Shown here: positions 48,406 through 62,600 of the stretch, piece after piece | How positions within the stretch are numbered: position 1 is the stretch's first letter | How the letters are laid out: every line of letters starts with the position of its first letter | Assembly (NCBI GenBank): GCA_903813345.2 | Contig: CAIIXF020000001.1 | Coordinates: forward strand, 37,138,001-37,202,000 | Reading direction: 5' to 3' | Source: Owenia fusiformis | Taxonomy: Eukaryota | Length of the DNA: 64,000 bases | Position numbers and translations under genes: made by a program | Notes under the pieces: generated by a model | The model's database searches: none | Told to the model about the DNA's origin: nothing | The model's input: only the letters and a program-made list of their open reading frames with translations

Positions 48406-51254
48406 AACCTAATAATTAATGTATTTTGCCAGGTTTCACCAAAATCTTCAAATATGGGGGCTGTCAGGGGGGGGGGGGGTTAAATTAATTAAGTTATAAT
48501 TTTTCTAAACAAATTCATGCGACTATCTATCTCTAAAGCAAAGGGAGAATAACTTCCTTTTAACTCATTAAGAACGTGAAATGTAAAAATCTCATTATCA
48601 AGTGATGTTACCATAGCATCTGAAATGTTAGAAATATTACATAAACCATATGATGAATCATCTTCACTTCTAATCATGCTAAATACTTCAGATGCTTTAA
48701 GAATCAAGAATATGAAGAATATGATGAAAATCAGACTATATGTATACTATTTATATGAATCATTGAAACTGCATGGTAAATTATAAGATTGGATCTTTAA
48801 TATACAGGGTCGAGATAACCGTTTTGACCCCTGTGAATGATAGTCAAAATGCATGTAACCTTTCCACATACTTATTAGTTCAGTTCAATACATGCACATT
48901 TTTACTCAATAAGATTGAAACAACTATGGTTGTTACTTTTTTTGTTAATTTAATGTTCTTTTTATTATAATTGTCAAACAATGACGTTCACAGTAGCTGC
49001 CTCCAAAGCTGGATAATTTTGTAAATTCTGATCCAATTTTGAAGATTTGTTGTCTCTTTAATGTTGCTTATATCTTCCACTCATCAAATAAGGGACAAAA
49101 CTATGCACACATTCTGTCATACAGCCTCAGTTCTAATAGATATGTTGCTATACTACGATATTCTGAACAAAAAATGGATTGATGACGTCACAATTAATAA
49201 AATTAGCTAATTTGCATAACTTAATATTGTAACCATATAGTAAATTTAATAAGGTTTAATCAGATACCAATATCATCTCTATAGACCAAATAATGGCGAA
49301 GCTACATTGATTCAAGACTCCAAGGTAAGACGTATGTATATTATTGTCAAATAATGACATTCACGATAGCTGCCTCGAAAGTTACATAACTTTCGTAATA
49401 CTGATTCAATTTTGAATCTGTTTTCACTTTTATGTTGCTTATACCTTTTACTAATAGAATAAAGGACAAAACCTTTCAGAAATTTTGCCATACGGCCTCA
49501 GTTCTAATAGATACGTTGCTATAGTTGGAAATTCTGAACCAAAAATAGATTGATGACGTCATAATTTATGCAAATTAGATAATTTGCATAATTGAATATC
49601 AGAAATTTATTGGAAATTTAACGAGGTTTAATTTGGTACCAATATCATTTCTATAGACCAAATAATGACAGAGCTACAAATGATTTAAGATACCAAGGTA
49701 AGATGTCTAAAGATGCGTAACCATGGTAACTGAATGCCGCCAAAAAAGTACTATGGGACATTAGTTGGCAATGTTAACAAATTAATTCATTAAATAGACA
49801 CTCTAGGGATTACAAAAATGTATGTAACTTATTCACACCTTATGGGTGCATGGGAACCCCTTGTTCCTACTATACTATAATGTGTGCTATCATAAAACTA
49901 TTGACAAAAACAAAAAGTTGATACGTGAATTAATCTTTCTTCTTGTGATGCCAATGGGTATAATAGATCTTTTCTTTCTCTTCCTGAAAAGGAAAGTCAC
50001 GCTATATATTTCCTAAACAGATCTAGACTACCGCAGCGTTTCCAATTCACTGTGTTAACCAGGTCGCAGCGTTTCTTGAATATGAGAATGTCATTATTTT
50101 TAAGAATGGATTTTCGGTCATCAAGTCACAATTACGATAAATTGTGGTGTGTTGAAGCATTGAAAGCATTTGACCAACATATACGTTGGCGCTCTAATCT
50201 TCGCTCAACTAATCACATGTCTCGATCGACTAAAGGGGTGTTGACCAGTAGAATGACAAATACGTTTATGAATTTTGATAACGTTACTGCTTCGTACGGG
50301 TCTTCCTAATTGCGTCAAAAGTCAATAGCCAGTCAAGTACAAAAGGAATATCACACCCTTCGAATGGTATACTCGAAATAAGTAACTCATACCTCTTATT
50401 CCCATTATTGGGGAAATCGTCAGACAGAATTGCTTGAATTACCATCTAGAAAATCATAATATATATAGAACTGCAAGGTGGACCTAAAGAGCACAACAAA
50501 CACAGAACCAACAGACATCATTATTTTTACTGATAAGAGCATTCCTTCTATCTATTTTTCGAATTTCTGAACATACTTTGCCTTTTTGAAGTCTATCGCC
50601 AGTGAGTTATATATGAAGACATAATTGCCGCCATCTTTACTTATGACTTCAGTGCAAATGCCTGAAGTCATGTCTATCACCATCTTTACCAATGGAATCA
50701 GTGCCAATGCCTGAAGACATAACTGCATCCAAAGTGACCACCGCGTATTCCACGGAATCGTATTTCAAAAGATTCGTCCAATCCCAAATTATTCATTTGC
50801 CCCTTTTGAAACTGATCGAGCCAGTGAATAAGCGAATGGACATATACTAATATTTTTGTCTCTGGAGTCCCTGCCATGTCGTTTATCTCTTTTTAAATTG
50901 GTGAATTGATACACAAATATTAAATGGTAAACCTCGTTTGAATCATCGTTGTATGATATTGTACAAAATGATGAATGTATTTGAAATAGAATGATTATAA
51001 TAAAACAACGATAACTATATTTGAGAAATTAACCTATCCAGAATAATTTCTTTTTATAAAATATTACACATTTTACAGAATTCAATTGCTTTTGAAAGTG
51101 ATCAATCATAACGTGTATTTTGTTAAGTGAATTATATGAATCAGATAATAACGTTTTAGCCGGTCCTAATGGCATTCAGATTGGACGGGTATTCCCGAAT
51201 CTTTTGTTCAACGCACCCATCGTTTTAGAGATTATTTGTCAATGTAGTTGATAC

Positions 51255-51306
51255 ATATCATATCATATCATATCATATCATATCATATCATATCATATCA
51301 TATCAT
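51255..51306. repeat. (ATATC)n microsatellite
   Basis: About 10 perfect pentamer copies. Confidence 0.95.
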
Positions 51307-51307
51307 A

Positions 51308-52027
51308 CACTCCCCTTCATAAGTTTGGCAACAATAAGTCACAATAACTCGAAAATTGATGATAAATTTGATGAATTTTTAAAAATCGACATTTCCATGT
51401 TAACCAATTGGAAATGGTAGGTTGTCATATGACAGAATATCCATCCATCCGAGTTCTTGCAAAAATACGAGTTAGGCAGGCAATTGAATTTGCTAACTTT
51501 ATTTAACAGAAAATTGATATGTTTCTTCAGGTTCAACAAAGTTATAGGGCTTTAAAGTCAAAATAGTTTTTTCAAAAAACCTCTCCCATTGAAATAACAC
51601 AGGAGGCGAAAAATTATTTTCAAAAATGACTTTGAAGCGCTGTAACTTTAGTATTCATCAAATAAACTAAACACTTAGTGTAAAAAAAAGTTAGACAATT
51701 CAATTTTCTACAAATATTTTTTTGCTAAATCTTTTCCTGAAAAGACATCCTGATTTCTGATTTGCCCCGAACCCTCCATTTCCCATTGGATTACATGGGA
51801 ATGACGATTTTCAAAAATTCATCAAATTTATCATCAATTTTCGACCTATTGTAATTGAGGAAAAAAAATTGAGAAAATTTGGAGGTATTGGAAATAAGGT
51901 CAAGTTACGTTTCCATCAATATTATAACTTATTTCATCGCCGGTTAAGTAAAAAAATCAAACGTAAAGAGGCTTTAACAATTAGTTCAATGGGGGAGCTA
52001 AGGTTGCCAAACTTATGGAGGGGAGTG
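51308..52027. mobile_element. Tc1/mariner-type MITE
   Basis: TIR CACTCCCCTTCATAAGTTTGGCAAC / GTTGCCAAACTTATGGAGGGGAGTG, preceded by TA; internal inverted segments; a related fragment lies at ~23880-24030. Confidence 0.75.
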
Positions 52028-52612
52028 TGTATCCTACGTTTAGAGAAATAACGACCAGTGTCGGTTAATGCACTAAAATGGTACCAACTTTACTAATTTT
52101 GAGTATAATTTAATTTAATTTCAAACGGAGAATCAGTCTGATTTTTTGCATTTCTAAGCGATATATTTCCCTCTGTAAATGTAAAGATGTCCGACCACCT
52201 TTTTATCTTAGTAGTTTTTAGAATAAATGTGCAAAAATATTATCATATTGATGTAAAATTAGGAAAAGGGGAAAAGTGGAGAGAAATTCAACATTTATTT
52301 GAGTGATATGATATACGCTCTCAAGCTTCAACAACCTGTTATAATACGTTGCAATTGTATTATGAACATCTTAATGTAGCTTTGCCCAAGTCGGTCTCGT
52401 TTACTTATCTTGATTTCTATTATGGCCACCGGTAATAATTCAAGATCAGATAAGTAAAAAATACCGACTTGGGCAAGGCTAATCTTAATGCTGTTTAAAC
52501 TGAAATAAATCACTACTTGCTGCTGTTGCCTAGCAACATAATGGGCATCAAAATGCCTGAGGTTCTTCCCTTTTTAATACGTATTTTGAATGCTTTAAAC
52601 TAACCCTAAGAC

Positions 52613-53421
52613 TTACCCCCCTATCACATCAAACCCGTTCTTACCCGTTCTTGCCAGTCCTACGAAAACGTCGTAAAACGGGCTCAATTTGGCTGTGGTC
52701 GGGAAAAAATAAAAAGATAATTAGCTACTTCGTTCATAAAAAGTCTTCAATACGTCCATCTCATTCGCAGTTCGTTCAGGTCGCACCACGTCGGTGTGCA
52801 ACGTCGTATAACGCGTCCCTTAGTCTAGAAGGTCATCATGACCTGATACCAGAACGGTATGATCGGCATCGAATTTTGAATCATTTCAAAATTCTAAAAT
52901 CACCTTCCCGTCTGAGAACGTTGAAGTTCGTAAATAGTCCTTAGAAAGTTGCAGCTACGTTCATTTCGTTCGCACACAGTTTAAAACCAGTTTTGAAGAA
53001 CGCAGTGGCAACTTGTTTGGTGTGATAGCTATATTTTTGCTAACTCGTTCATAAGCAGTCTTTAATACGTTCCAAATCAGTTTAAATCCGTTTGCAATTA
53101 GTTCTTCCTCCTTCTCAATACGTCCTCAGGCAGTTCAACTCGTTGTAAAAACTAGTAGGAATGAAGTACGACGGTTCCGTTCGTAGTACGTCCAGCTCGT
53201 CGTTAGTACGTTGTCACTCGTTCTAATTGTAGAACGTGACGACCACGAGAGCATTTTGAGCATGTTCTAATTTCTAGAGGACCTACCCGTTCTAGTACGT
53301 ACGTTCGATGAAGTTTGTAAATAGACCCCAAACGGTTCTAAGTACGTCCAGTCCGTTCGTACACAGTTGAAGCCCGTTTTCGAGAACGAAATGAGAACTA
53401 GTTTGGTGTTATAGTAGGGTT
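52613..53421. mobile_element. Degenerate MITE-like repeat
   Basis: Imperfect TIR (CCCCTATCACATCAAAC / GTTTGGTGTTATAGTAGGG), an internal duplicate of the right end near 52940-53030, CpG-rich CGTT motifs. Confidence 0.5.
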
Positions 53422-55201
53422 AGTAAGAGTATCTTTCTCTTGTACAAACTATTTCTAAAGGGCTTGACTTACTCGTTGATGTTGAGACATTAAGGAGATA
53501 ATGATTCACTTGGGATGATTTAAAATCTGAACTTTTCTACCCATTTCTCTGAGTTTGGATCATCTTAATGTCCATTAAATTTAAACTGATATAGGAAAAA
53601 TTCTCCTCATGGAAAGTTAGTACTTTTTTCTATGTGTTTGAGTTTAGAGTATCTTTTGCAAGGTTTAAAAGATTTGATTCACTTTCCGCCAGCAGAATTT
53701 GAGAAAATTTAAATCTAAGGCACCCCCTCCAACAGCTAATTAGGTTATATTAATTTAAAGTTGAATCAGTATACACAAATAAAAAGTACTTAGAAGTGAT
53801 GGAGGACTTAAAAATGCAAAAAAAATATTGCAAACACTCAATTTATCAAGAGTTATTTATAAAAATAAGGCAAAACCTATCTCATGCATTGTTGTGCAAT
53901 AATAACAATCTGGATAAAGAAAATCTAGATAAAGACAGTCTATCTGTCCATCCAAATAACAGGTGAAAATATGTCCAACGGTGCTATGCATATTTTAAAG
54001 TAACAGACATATTGATTCAACACAAAGAGAAAACATAAAAAGTACAAACAATAAATAGATATTATACAGTTGCATGCACATTAGACAGTTGCTGGATAAT
54101 TATGTAAAATCTATGACATGAAAATGAACAAACTGGAAATAGAAAATAAACAGAGCACCAATCAGCTGATAGGTGAGTAATGAATTCTTTGTATTATCAT
54201 CCTCAACTCAAATAACAAACCATAACACATGTATTTCCCGGATGTACTCACCCAGAAATACATACATTCACAAACATAAATTAGACTCAAATTCTAGATA
54301 CACCAAATTAGATTGATACAGGTAATTGTGATTAGAGTACTTTCATTTTTAGCTATTAGTATAATTTAAATTGACTTTGATGATACACTTTGATTCTACT
54401 TGTTAATGTTATGGCAATAAAACATTGTGGTGATACTTGCTGTCAGATAATACACCATAGGCATTAAGCTCCAACTGCTCCAATAAGATTCACTGCCTGG
54501 CATATCTTAATAATTACCTTATTAGATGTTTAATTAATGTTAAGAAGCGCCAACTAGTATCTGTTTACATAACTAGGATTAAATCTACATAGCTGGCAGC
54601 CAGTGACAGTCAAGGAAGAGTCAAGACAATCAATTATATTTGAATGTGCATGGTGTTCACTAAGTAATGACACTAGGTCTCCCACTTCTACAGTTTTTAA
54701 CCAATCTTTCTAAACGCATGTACATAATATTTTAACATGATCTTGTAACAATGTCCTTGACACAGCACATTAATATTATATCAATTAGGAATCTTTAATC
54801 CTGAGCTTATCACTTCTGCAAACGATACTATACTTATATTTATATTCAGGACTCTAGGTCCATGCCCAGTACATTGGTGATCCACTCGATTACGCTGGTT
54901 ACCGAAACGGTTCGTTTCGGTAACAAAATGTCGGAACATCGAAGGTACGATTTTTCTTTTTTCCTTATTTCACACGTTGTAGGGAGAATTCCCACGACAT
55001 TTTTTATTACAAACCTATATCAGTATCATATGTTTAAGAAAATGTACATATTTGCGAACACATAGTTCACGAGACAACAGAATCGTTGATTTAATTCCTC
55101 ACTTAAGTTACATAAACGGTTTTTCGAAAAACAGTTAAGATCTGCACTTTTAGCCCATACCGTTTCTGTAACCGATTCTCACAGCAGTCAAAGTTCTAGC
55201 C

Positions 55202-55667
55202 ATGCCCATCAGTGACTCAACCCTTCTTTGCGACAGATGTGGCAAATACTATAAGGATGCCATAAATCACATGCTAATCGACTGTAATAAGTACAATCAC
55301 ATGAGGAATAAACTCATTAATGACATTGCGTTACCCAACAACCATCCAGTGTTTGATCCAAGAGAAATTTGTGCTTCTGTGTGCGGCCCTGCCTCTGAGT
55401 CATTTGAGATACATAACTTAGAACTCATCCTGAGATACATTCATATAGTGATATCAGACTCAGGGATTAGTCTTGTACCTTTATTTGCATAAACTTGCAG
55501 AAGATCTTGTAATCTGAAATTTTTATATTACTTTTAAAGATTGTAAATATGTTGTGACCTTGTTTATGTTTATGTTTTATGTTTTATGTTTATTGTATTA
55601 ATCTAACAATGTAATTAGTTTATATGAAATCCGATTGAAATCGGGAATAAAAGATACATACATACAT
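55202..55667 (+). mobile_element. 3' fragment of a LINE (Cys/His knuckle + 3' UTR + microsatellite tail)
   Basis: CDRCGKYYKDAINHMLIDCNKYNHMR motif, then AATAAA and an (ATAC)n tail at ~55647-55667. Confidence 0.65.
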
Positions 55668-56683
55668 CAATGCATTTTTATTGTTTTTTTAGCCATCCAT
55701 TCTTGGAAAACATATGTTTGGCCAATCTTATCTAATCGGAATGAAACTGTTGACTCTTTATAGTCTCAGTTTATAGTTTAGAATATATTTAGAAAACATC
55801 AATATTTTCGAAATTTTCTTAAGAAGAAAAGTTATAGCTGCAGTGTGTATTTCGATTGTTTCGATAATTTCGATTATAAATATATATGAACTTGATGGTT
55901 TCAGAATGGATTTCGTTTATTCCTTAAATACAACACCCCACGCCTTTTTACCCAGACCATTTTTTAGCACCCTGCCCTGTAGACCCCACGCCCAGCCAAA
56001 CGCCTTTTACCCAAACCCCTCAATTGCATCCCAATGTTAAGTCAATGGCATCCTTGCTGAAATCCTCATTTTCTCAAAAGAAGTCTCAAGTAGATTCATG
56101 AGGGATAGTATTGGTAGAATTCAATTTCAATTGTAAGAATAGGGGTTCTTAAACGGGACTCTGAGCTTGATTTTTAGACCTTTTTGTTGGCTCTAGACCA
56201 AGTTTGTATACCACGTCCTCAATTGAAAGTTTTAACTTAAAACATTTCCTCCCTGCAAATACAGTATTTATACTTTATCGCAGATTTCAAGTATAAGGAA
56301 TTACACTTATTACGTTATTCTATGATTTCAAATGACTGTTATGAATCCATTGATGATGGATAATTTAAAAAGTAACAGTCCATATAAACTATTTTACTTT
56401 AAGTCGTGTTTGCCGAGACATCGATCGATTAGTTTCTTGTCTCCATATAAATTATTGAATCACTGAAATTACTGAAATCTAAAAAAAATTAGAACTCCAA
56501 GTAAAAAGAATGAATAACTTGCATGGGCACAAGGCTGGCTAAGGTTGAATTTTGCAGCTACATGACACACTGCCTTTGGAAATAATAAAAACTTATGTAG
56601 GCTACACATATTTCAATAAATTGTATTATTCATTGTTATTGTTATCTTCCACAAGAACCCTAATATAATGGTTTAATTAATTA

Positions 56684-59600
56684 TTAATTTATTGTGAAGC
56701 TATTTCTTCCACACACACGTGTTCCGAGATGTTCAACTACTGTTCTCAGCGCCGTAAAGTTCGCACTGAACACATTTCTTTCCCCGCCTGCAATGTAATT
56801 CCACTCTACCCAGCCTACTAGTTTTGGGGAACATTTGGATTTGTTCTTCTTTGGATCACATCCTTGTGGTAATGCAACAACAATGATTTCTGCCTTTTCC
56901 CGTAGATCATCTGAGTACTGAAATGTCCTTGGTTGTTTATCTGAAAGCAAAAGTGAATACGATTGAATGCATTTGTAATTCCACCATCTGATGGTGACTT
57001 TCGGTAAGATAACTTGGAAAACATATGCAGAAAATTCATTCACTTCCCGATAAATGTCAGAGAAAATATGGAAAATTCTAGGGACAATGTTTACTTGAAT
57101 TACTTCAATATAGATATTTTGACGATGTACTTACTATCTGGTTTTGTGGCGCCATCTGATAACAGTACGACTATGTTCTTTACGTTTGGGCGATCTCCTT
57201 TTTCAACACTGAAAAATTCTGTTTCTGTCATTTTTAACGCATCAAATGTTGAAGTTCTGCAAAGTTTATCATTTGCAAGATTCAGTTCCATGTGTTCAAT
57301 TTTAGTTATTACTTTTTCAGGATCGCTCGCATCATTTAAGTAAGTCACGGGCGTCGTTTCTGCGTTAAATGTCAATGCACCCATTTGTACTCCACGATTA
57401 GGGTCTGTTGAAAGTTCAAATGCTCTGGCCATTTCTGTCATAAATGTTCGAATGTTCTCCTTGTCTATCGGGACAATGGAGCACGATGTGTCAACTGCGA
57501 ATACGATATCGACTGGTTCTTTACATATGATGGAGATCGCTGAAAGAGATCGTGAAGTAATGATTATTACAATTTGTAGCCAAAATAATGAATCGTAAAT
57601 CATTTCAAAGTAACCTTTTTGAAACAAAAAGCCTGGGTATGAAATAGAAATCTAAAGACTTACGAGGTTCACATTCCTTTTGAGCGGTACAGATCAAACC
57701 AATACAGCATTCAGTATCATCAGAGCAGACCCCGCCCCTGTTTCTACAACCTATTAAATAAGGGAGCTGCTATATACCTGAATTAAGCTGAATGAATAGA
57801 TGTCACCATTTGTTTTTATTTGTTTTAGTTGGGCCAGACTGTCATTATTTTGAATAACACAACTGTATGAATCAAGGTTATCATTTTGAAAATTTTGACT
57901 GACTTTATTAAAAAGAAGGAAAAGTAAGTCATTGGAGATTTATATTCAAATCTCTTAAAATCTCACGAAAAATGAGAATTAGTGAGGTTTCAAAGCTATA
58001 TAGAAACTCCTCTATTGGACCAGCAGGTATTATTATCATCTGCTAACATTTCGTTAGGTTGGTGGTACTACTAGATATAGTATCTCCATCACTTTGGAAC
58101 ATTATCCTCGTCCAGTATAGAAATATAAAACTACTCACAGGTTGATGCCCTGGAACATTTTAGATCGTTGGCTTCGCAACATGGCAGTGCACCATTTCCA
58201 GTGTTTTCTCCACGATGACATTGCCCATGCAAATCTGCGCATTCTTCATCTTCAGGCTCTGTCCAAATGCAATGAATGACACAGTATGGGAAATATGATA
58301 TTTGAATGCCAGAAGTCAAACACAGGAGACTAATCTAAGCATAATATTGCTTGAAATGTGATGTGAAATATTCAGATATTGCCGCTGACTACCAATTCGG
58401 GAAAAAAGTATTAGTATCTAGGGGCATATCTTTATAATTAACAATAGTAGGATGATATAAAATGACTGTTGCGAATGTAAGTATATAATAAATCAGACTC
58501 TCCTAAAATGGATAGATGAAGGACAACCTAGATTTTGCCTTAAAACGCTCTAACGCAAAAACCGCAATGACCGTACTGATCAAAAACACATTTACGGAAA
58601 TTACGAAAAATTGTACCTTCACAGACAGGTGGAATATCAGTCCAACCATCCTCTGTGCATTGAATTTCTTCAGCGCCCTTCAACTCATATCCACTATCAC
58701 AATCAAACCCGATAAAACTTCCACAGACGTCGGGTCCACGACTAGGATCACGCTCTCCATTGACTGGCGCCTCCACTTCGTCGCACACCTTTTCTAAAAG
58801 CGCGGAATGAATGTTTGAATACCCGTGATAAATAGATAACCCGAATTTGATATTAATGAAAAATCACGATAGTGGTTTTTATCACGCTTTTTACTGTTTC
58901 TCAGGGATAGTTATTGGTTGAATAATCACAATTTAAAATAATACTTCGTTACATTACGTTTACATCTTGGCATTTTGGGATTGACTGTCCCATCTGGCAT
59001 ACACTCAACGAATTCTCCACTTCCATCACTTATATCCAATGAATAACAAGGATCTGAACTAAAATCAAGCAAAGATTGTTTCAATATTTACGAAATGTTG
59101 TCTCTTCATTTCTTTGATCCCTATTCCTTCTGTTTATTTACACGTGTCTGACTCTGGATGATAACGCAAGGGTACACGAGTGCGTGATGCAAAACTAGCA
59201 GCTTACTACTCACTTGAAATACACCCTTTCTCCCACTTTGAATCTTCCATTGTCATTATTTGCACTCCTTGAGGTAATACCACAATTTGGAGATGCAATC
59301 GGGTATGGGCAATCTATTCCTACAACATAATGTAAAGTAAGTTCATAGTCTGGTGAACTTAAATCCATTTATTAGTGTTCATTGTCACAGACTTTATAAC
59401 AATTTTTGTTTTAGACGTTTCGAATGCAAACTGCATCCATGATCACTAAATTCAAATTGAAAACAGTTGAAATGAATACAGGTAAATCTACTATTATTAC
59501 ATAGGAGAAATAAGTAGACCTCTTGGCACTCGCATCAAGGAACATAAAACAGAAGCAGATAAGAAAAAGAGTCAATACAGTAGAAACAATAAAAAAGATT

Positions 59601-62600
59601 CTTTTAACAGCGTTAATAAATCAGCGATTACAGATCATATTCTCCAAGAAACCACAAAATTGATTGGAACAATTATAAAATAGTTAGCAAAGAAAGGAAC
59701 AGAAACAATAGGTTGATAAGAGAAGCCATTCATATTAGAAAACATAAAAACTTCAAAAGAATCATGGGCAACTTCAATGTAGATCGCTTGTGAGATGAAG
59801 TTATATTGCCATAGCAATTAATAATTTTTTGACGTTGTTAAGGTTTAATGACGTATTCATTTCAACTGTTTTCAATTTAAATTTAGTGCTTATTGAAGCA
59901 GTTTGCATTCGAAACGTCTGAAACAAAAAATTGTAATAAAGTCTGTGACAATGAACACTAATAAATAGATATAATGTAAAGTAGTTTCACCAAATAAATG
60001 CAAAACGGCAAGGGACACAATAATAGCAAAAGATAAACAACAAACGTCGCTTAGTAACTATGATATAAGAGACGATATGAACATCGTTTCGCATAAAAAG
60101 GTGGTATGTACTCGAGCATTTTCCATTTTCACATATCAGGTTTTGGTCTTTACAGCACTGTCCACCCTCAGTACACGGTTGTCTTTCTAGGCCACAACCT
60201 ATCAATAAAAAGTCATAATTTCCTGAGAAGCTCTCCAAATGAACTAGCGCCTTCGTGGGAGTTTTTAATTTAAATTTCAGATGATAATTTGGTATACTTT
60301 CGTAATAAGAGCTTGATGAAAATTGCATCCTTGAATAAATGAATGATGGAATGGATAGATCAGCCGAAGATGCGGATACAGTGTATCACAAACTCCTACT
60401 TACATTTGCTTTGTATAAAAAATCGAAGTAAAAAGGTTTAACTCACATTGTTCATTTGCATCACACTTTAAAAAAAGCCTGATGTTTGGATCTTTTGGGT
60501 CATTTGAACAACATCCTTGATTTGTAGCATGTTTCCCATTGCATCCTTCTCCAATATTAGCACATTGCAAATCTACAAGACAAACAATAAGACTGATGTA
60601 TCAACTTTTCTAAAAACCAGTGCCGTAGACAGAATCTTAAAAAGGTGGGACAAATGAAATACAACCACTTGACCTAGTGTGGGTCACCATTCCGTATTAG
60701 TCGATTTGTTTACATTAATACGGAATAAAATTGGCCATTTTATGAAAATTACTGACCTTATCCTACGGAAATAAAGATTATCTTTTTTTATATATTGTAT
60801 TTCTTTATTTCAAATTATAACAATAAACACAAATACATTAGCGGCTTTGTAAGGTACATTATAAGCCACTTTTAAGATGATGATTCACAAAACTAGGTCT
60901 GCAAATGATCTGATAGTAATGATACTATAATCATAATAAGATTATGTTTCACTGTACGTTTGGGGGTGATAATGTATAGCACACGCTTAGTGAATTGATT
61001 GTACTTTCTATAGAAAACAAATAAATATCTGTGGATAGGAGAATGAAAAAGCCTTAGGGTCCCAACCTCCTTTGTTTACATTCGCAAAACGTGAAAAAAT
61101 GAAAAAAGCTGTCATAACTTTTTGAAACTCCAATTATCGAAACCAATGTAACTTATTGGCGACTGGTATCTTAGTCCTACCAGAACTGATTAGGTCTGTG
61201 TCGTTCGTAATACCTCCGTTTTGAACGATTTTACAACAGTTTAAAAGATTCAATGCAAGTCCGTGTTTTACGGAATGAGTCAAGGAATCTTGAACTCATT
61301 GAGGTGACCCATTCCGTTGTTGACACGTGGACTTACGTATAAAATTGCAACTGTTAACACTTGTATTTCTGCACCAAGGCATGCCACTGACAGATGATGC
61401 CACATATATCCTTTTTATATGATGTACAAGAAACCCCTCCCCAATTTGTTAAAATCACGGTTCATTTACACAAGTTCAAAAGTCGAAACTGTTTTTGCCT
61501 CCTGAACATGTACGATGTCATAAAAACACTGAATTACAGCCAACTGAATAAGATTTTGCAATATAAATGGATGTGTTTATGTAATTTGGTGAACTCTAAA
61601 GGGAGTTGCCTTTGTTTTATTTCGGACAAGTTTGTTTTAAATTCTAGTTACACAGCGTCGATGTATTTGATGTCATCTGCCAGTGTATGCAAATAGAATT
61701 GATTATAATTCATAATGTAACAATATGTTATAATTCACTTGAAAGGTAATTTAATTTTAATACGAAAATCGACAAATGAGGACGGGCTAATAAAGATATA
61801 TTATTTGTATTCAATCAAAATGATTCTGTGGATAAACATTATTAAACGTATATTACAGCACTAATTATGCATCACTCTTTATATAAAAGAAAATAATGAA
61901 ATCTTATATACTTTCGATGGAGGCTGGATGGCAATTGGAATATATCTCCCCATTGATATATCGATTTTGACTTATAGTGGAGTCAGTTATGACAACAAAA
62001 CCATTGAATTGCACTTGCTATGTATACAGCACTACACTTTTTTTGACATAAGTAGATTTAAAACATACGTTTTTGATATCTAACAAAGTGGTGTTGAAAA
62101 ATGGCCCCAGTTGATAAAGTTCACACCAACGGCGCTTTGATGGCGCTTTAAAGCGGCGTGCAAAGCCGCTTTGAACGGCGCTCACTATGGAAACGCTGTT
62201 CTGAATAGCGCCTTGTGTTATGTTTTTATCTGCCATGGGACATCATGTTAGAAACCTCAAAATGCGAACACCTACCAGTACCAATCCGAACACATTTGGC
62301 TAGTCACACTGGTTTTCGCATTTTAAAGATTTTACCATCCTATATTCTCATATGCATTCACCCTATCATTAGTCTAATCTTGATATTTAGCCTAAAGTAT
62401 AAAATGAAGGTGAATTCTGGACCTGAATACATTGGCATTCATTGAAAAACGAAACAAAAAGTAAAACTTATATACATACTTTCTGGTGACGTGCACTTAT
62501 TCTCAAAGCATTGCGCACTTTCGCCATCTATATCACAACACTGTTCTTTTACATCACAACGCTCAGATTCAGGTCTACAGAGCGGCAACGGTCTTGGGGT

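Larger units (their letters stand above)
34921..49877. mobile_element. Foldback DNA element with TAG...CTA termini (possibly Academ-like), left arm split by a Sola-like insertion
   Basis: The left arm (34921-36200 + 46738-~47350) is the reverse complement of the right arm (~47360-49877). Termini TAGTATAGTAGGAACAAGGGG / CCCCTTGTTCCTACTATACTA; TAA on both flanks (34918-34920, 49878-49880; a TA TSD reading is also possible). Confidence 0.88.

Noticed and set aside
50600..50740. Short ~50-bp degenerate repeats with possible coding character
   Set aside because: Frames are interrupted and there is no splice or domain support.
54861..55208. Possible 9-bp TSD (CCATGCCCA) around a ~330-bp insertion
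   Set aside because: No convincing TIRs, and removing the segment does not clearly restore a LINE frame.
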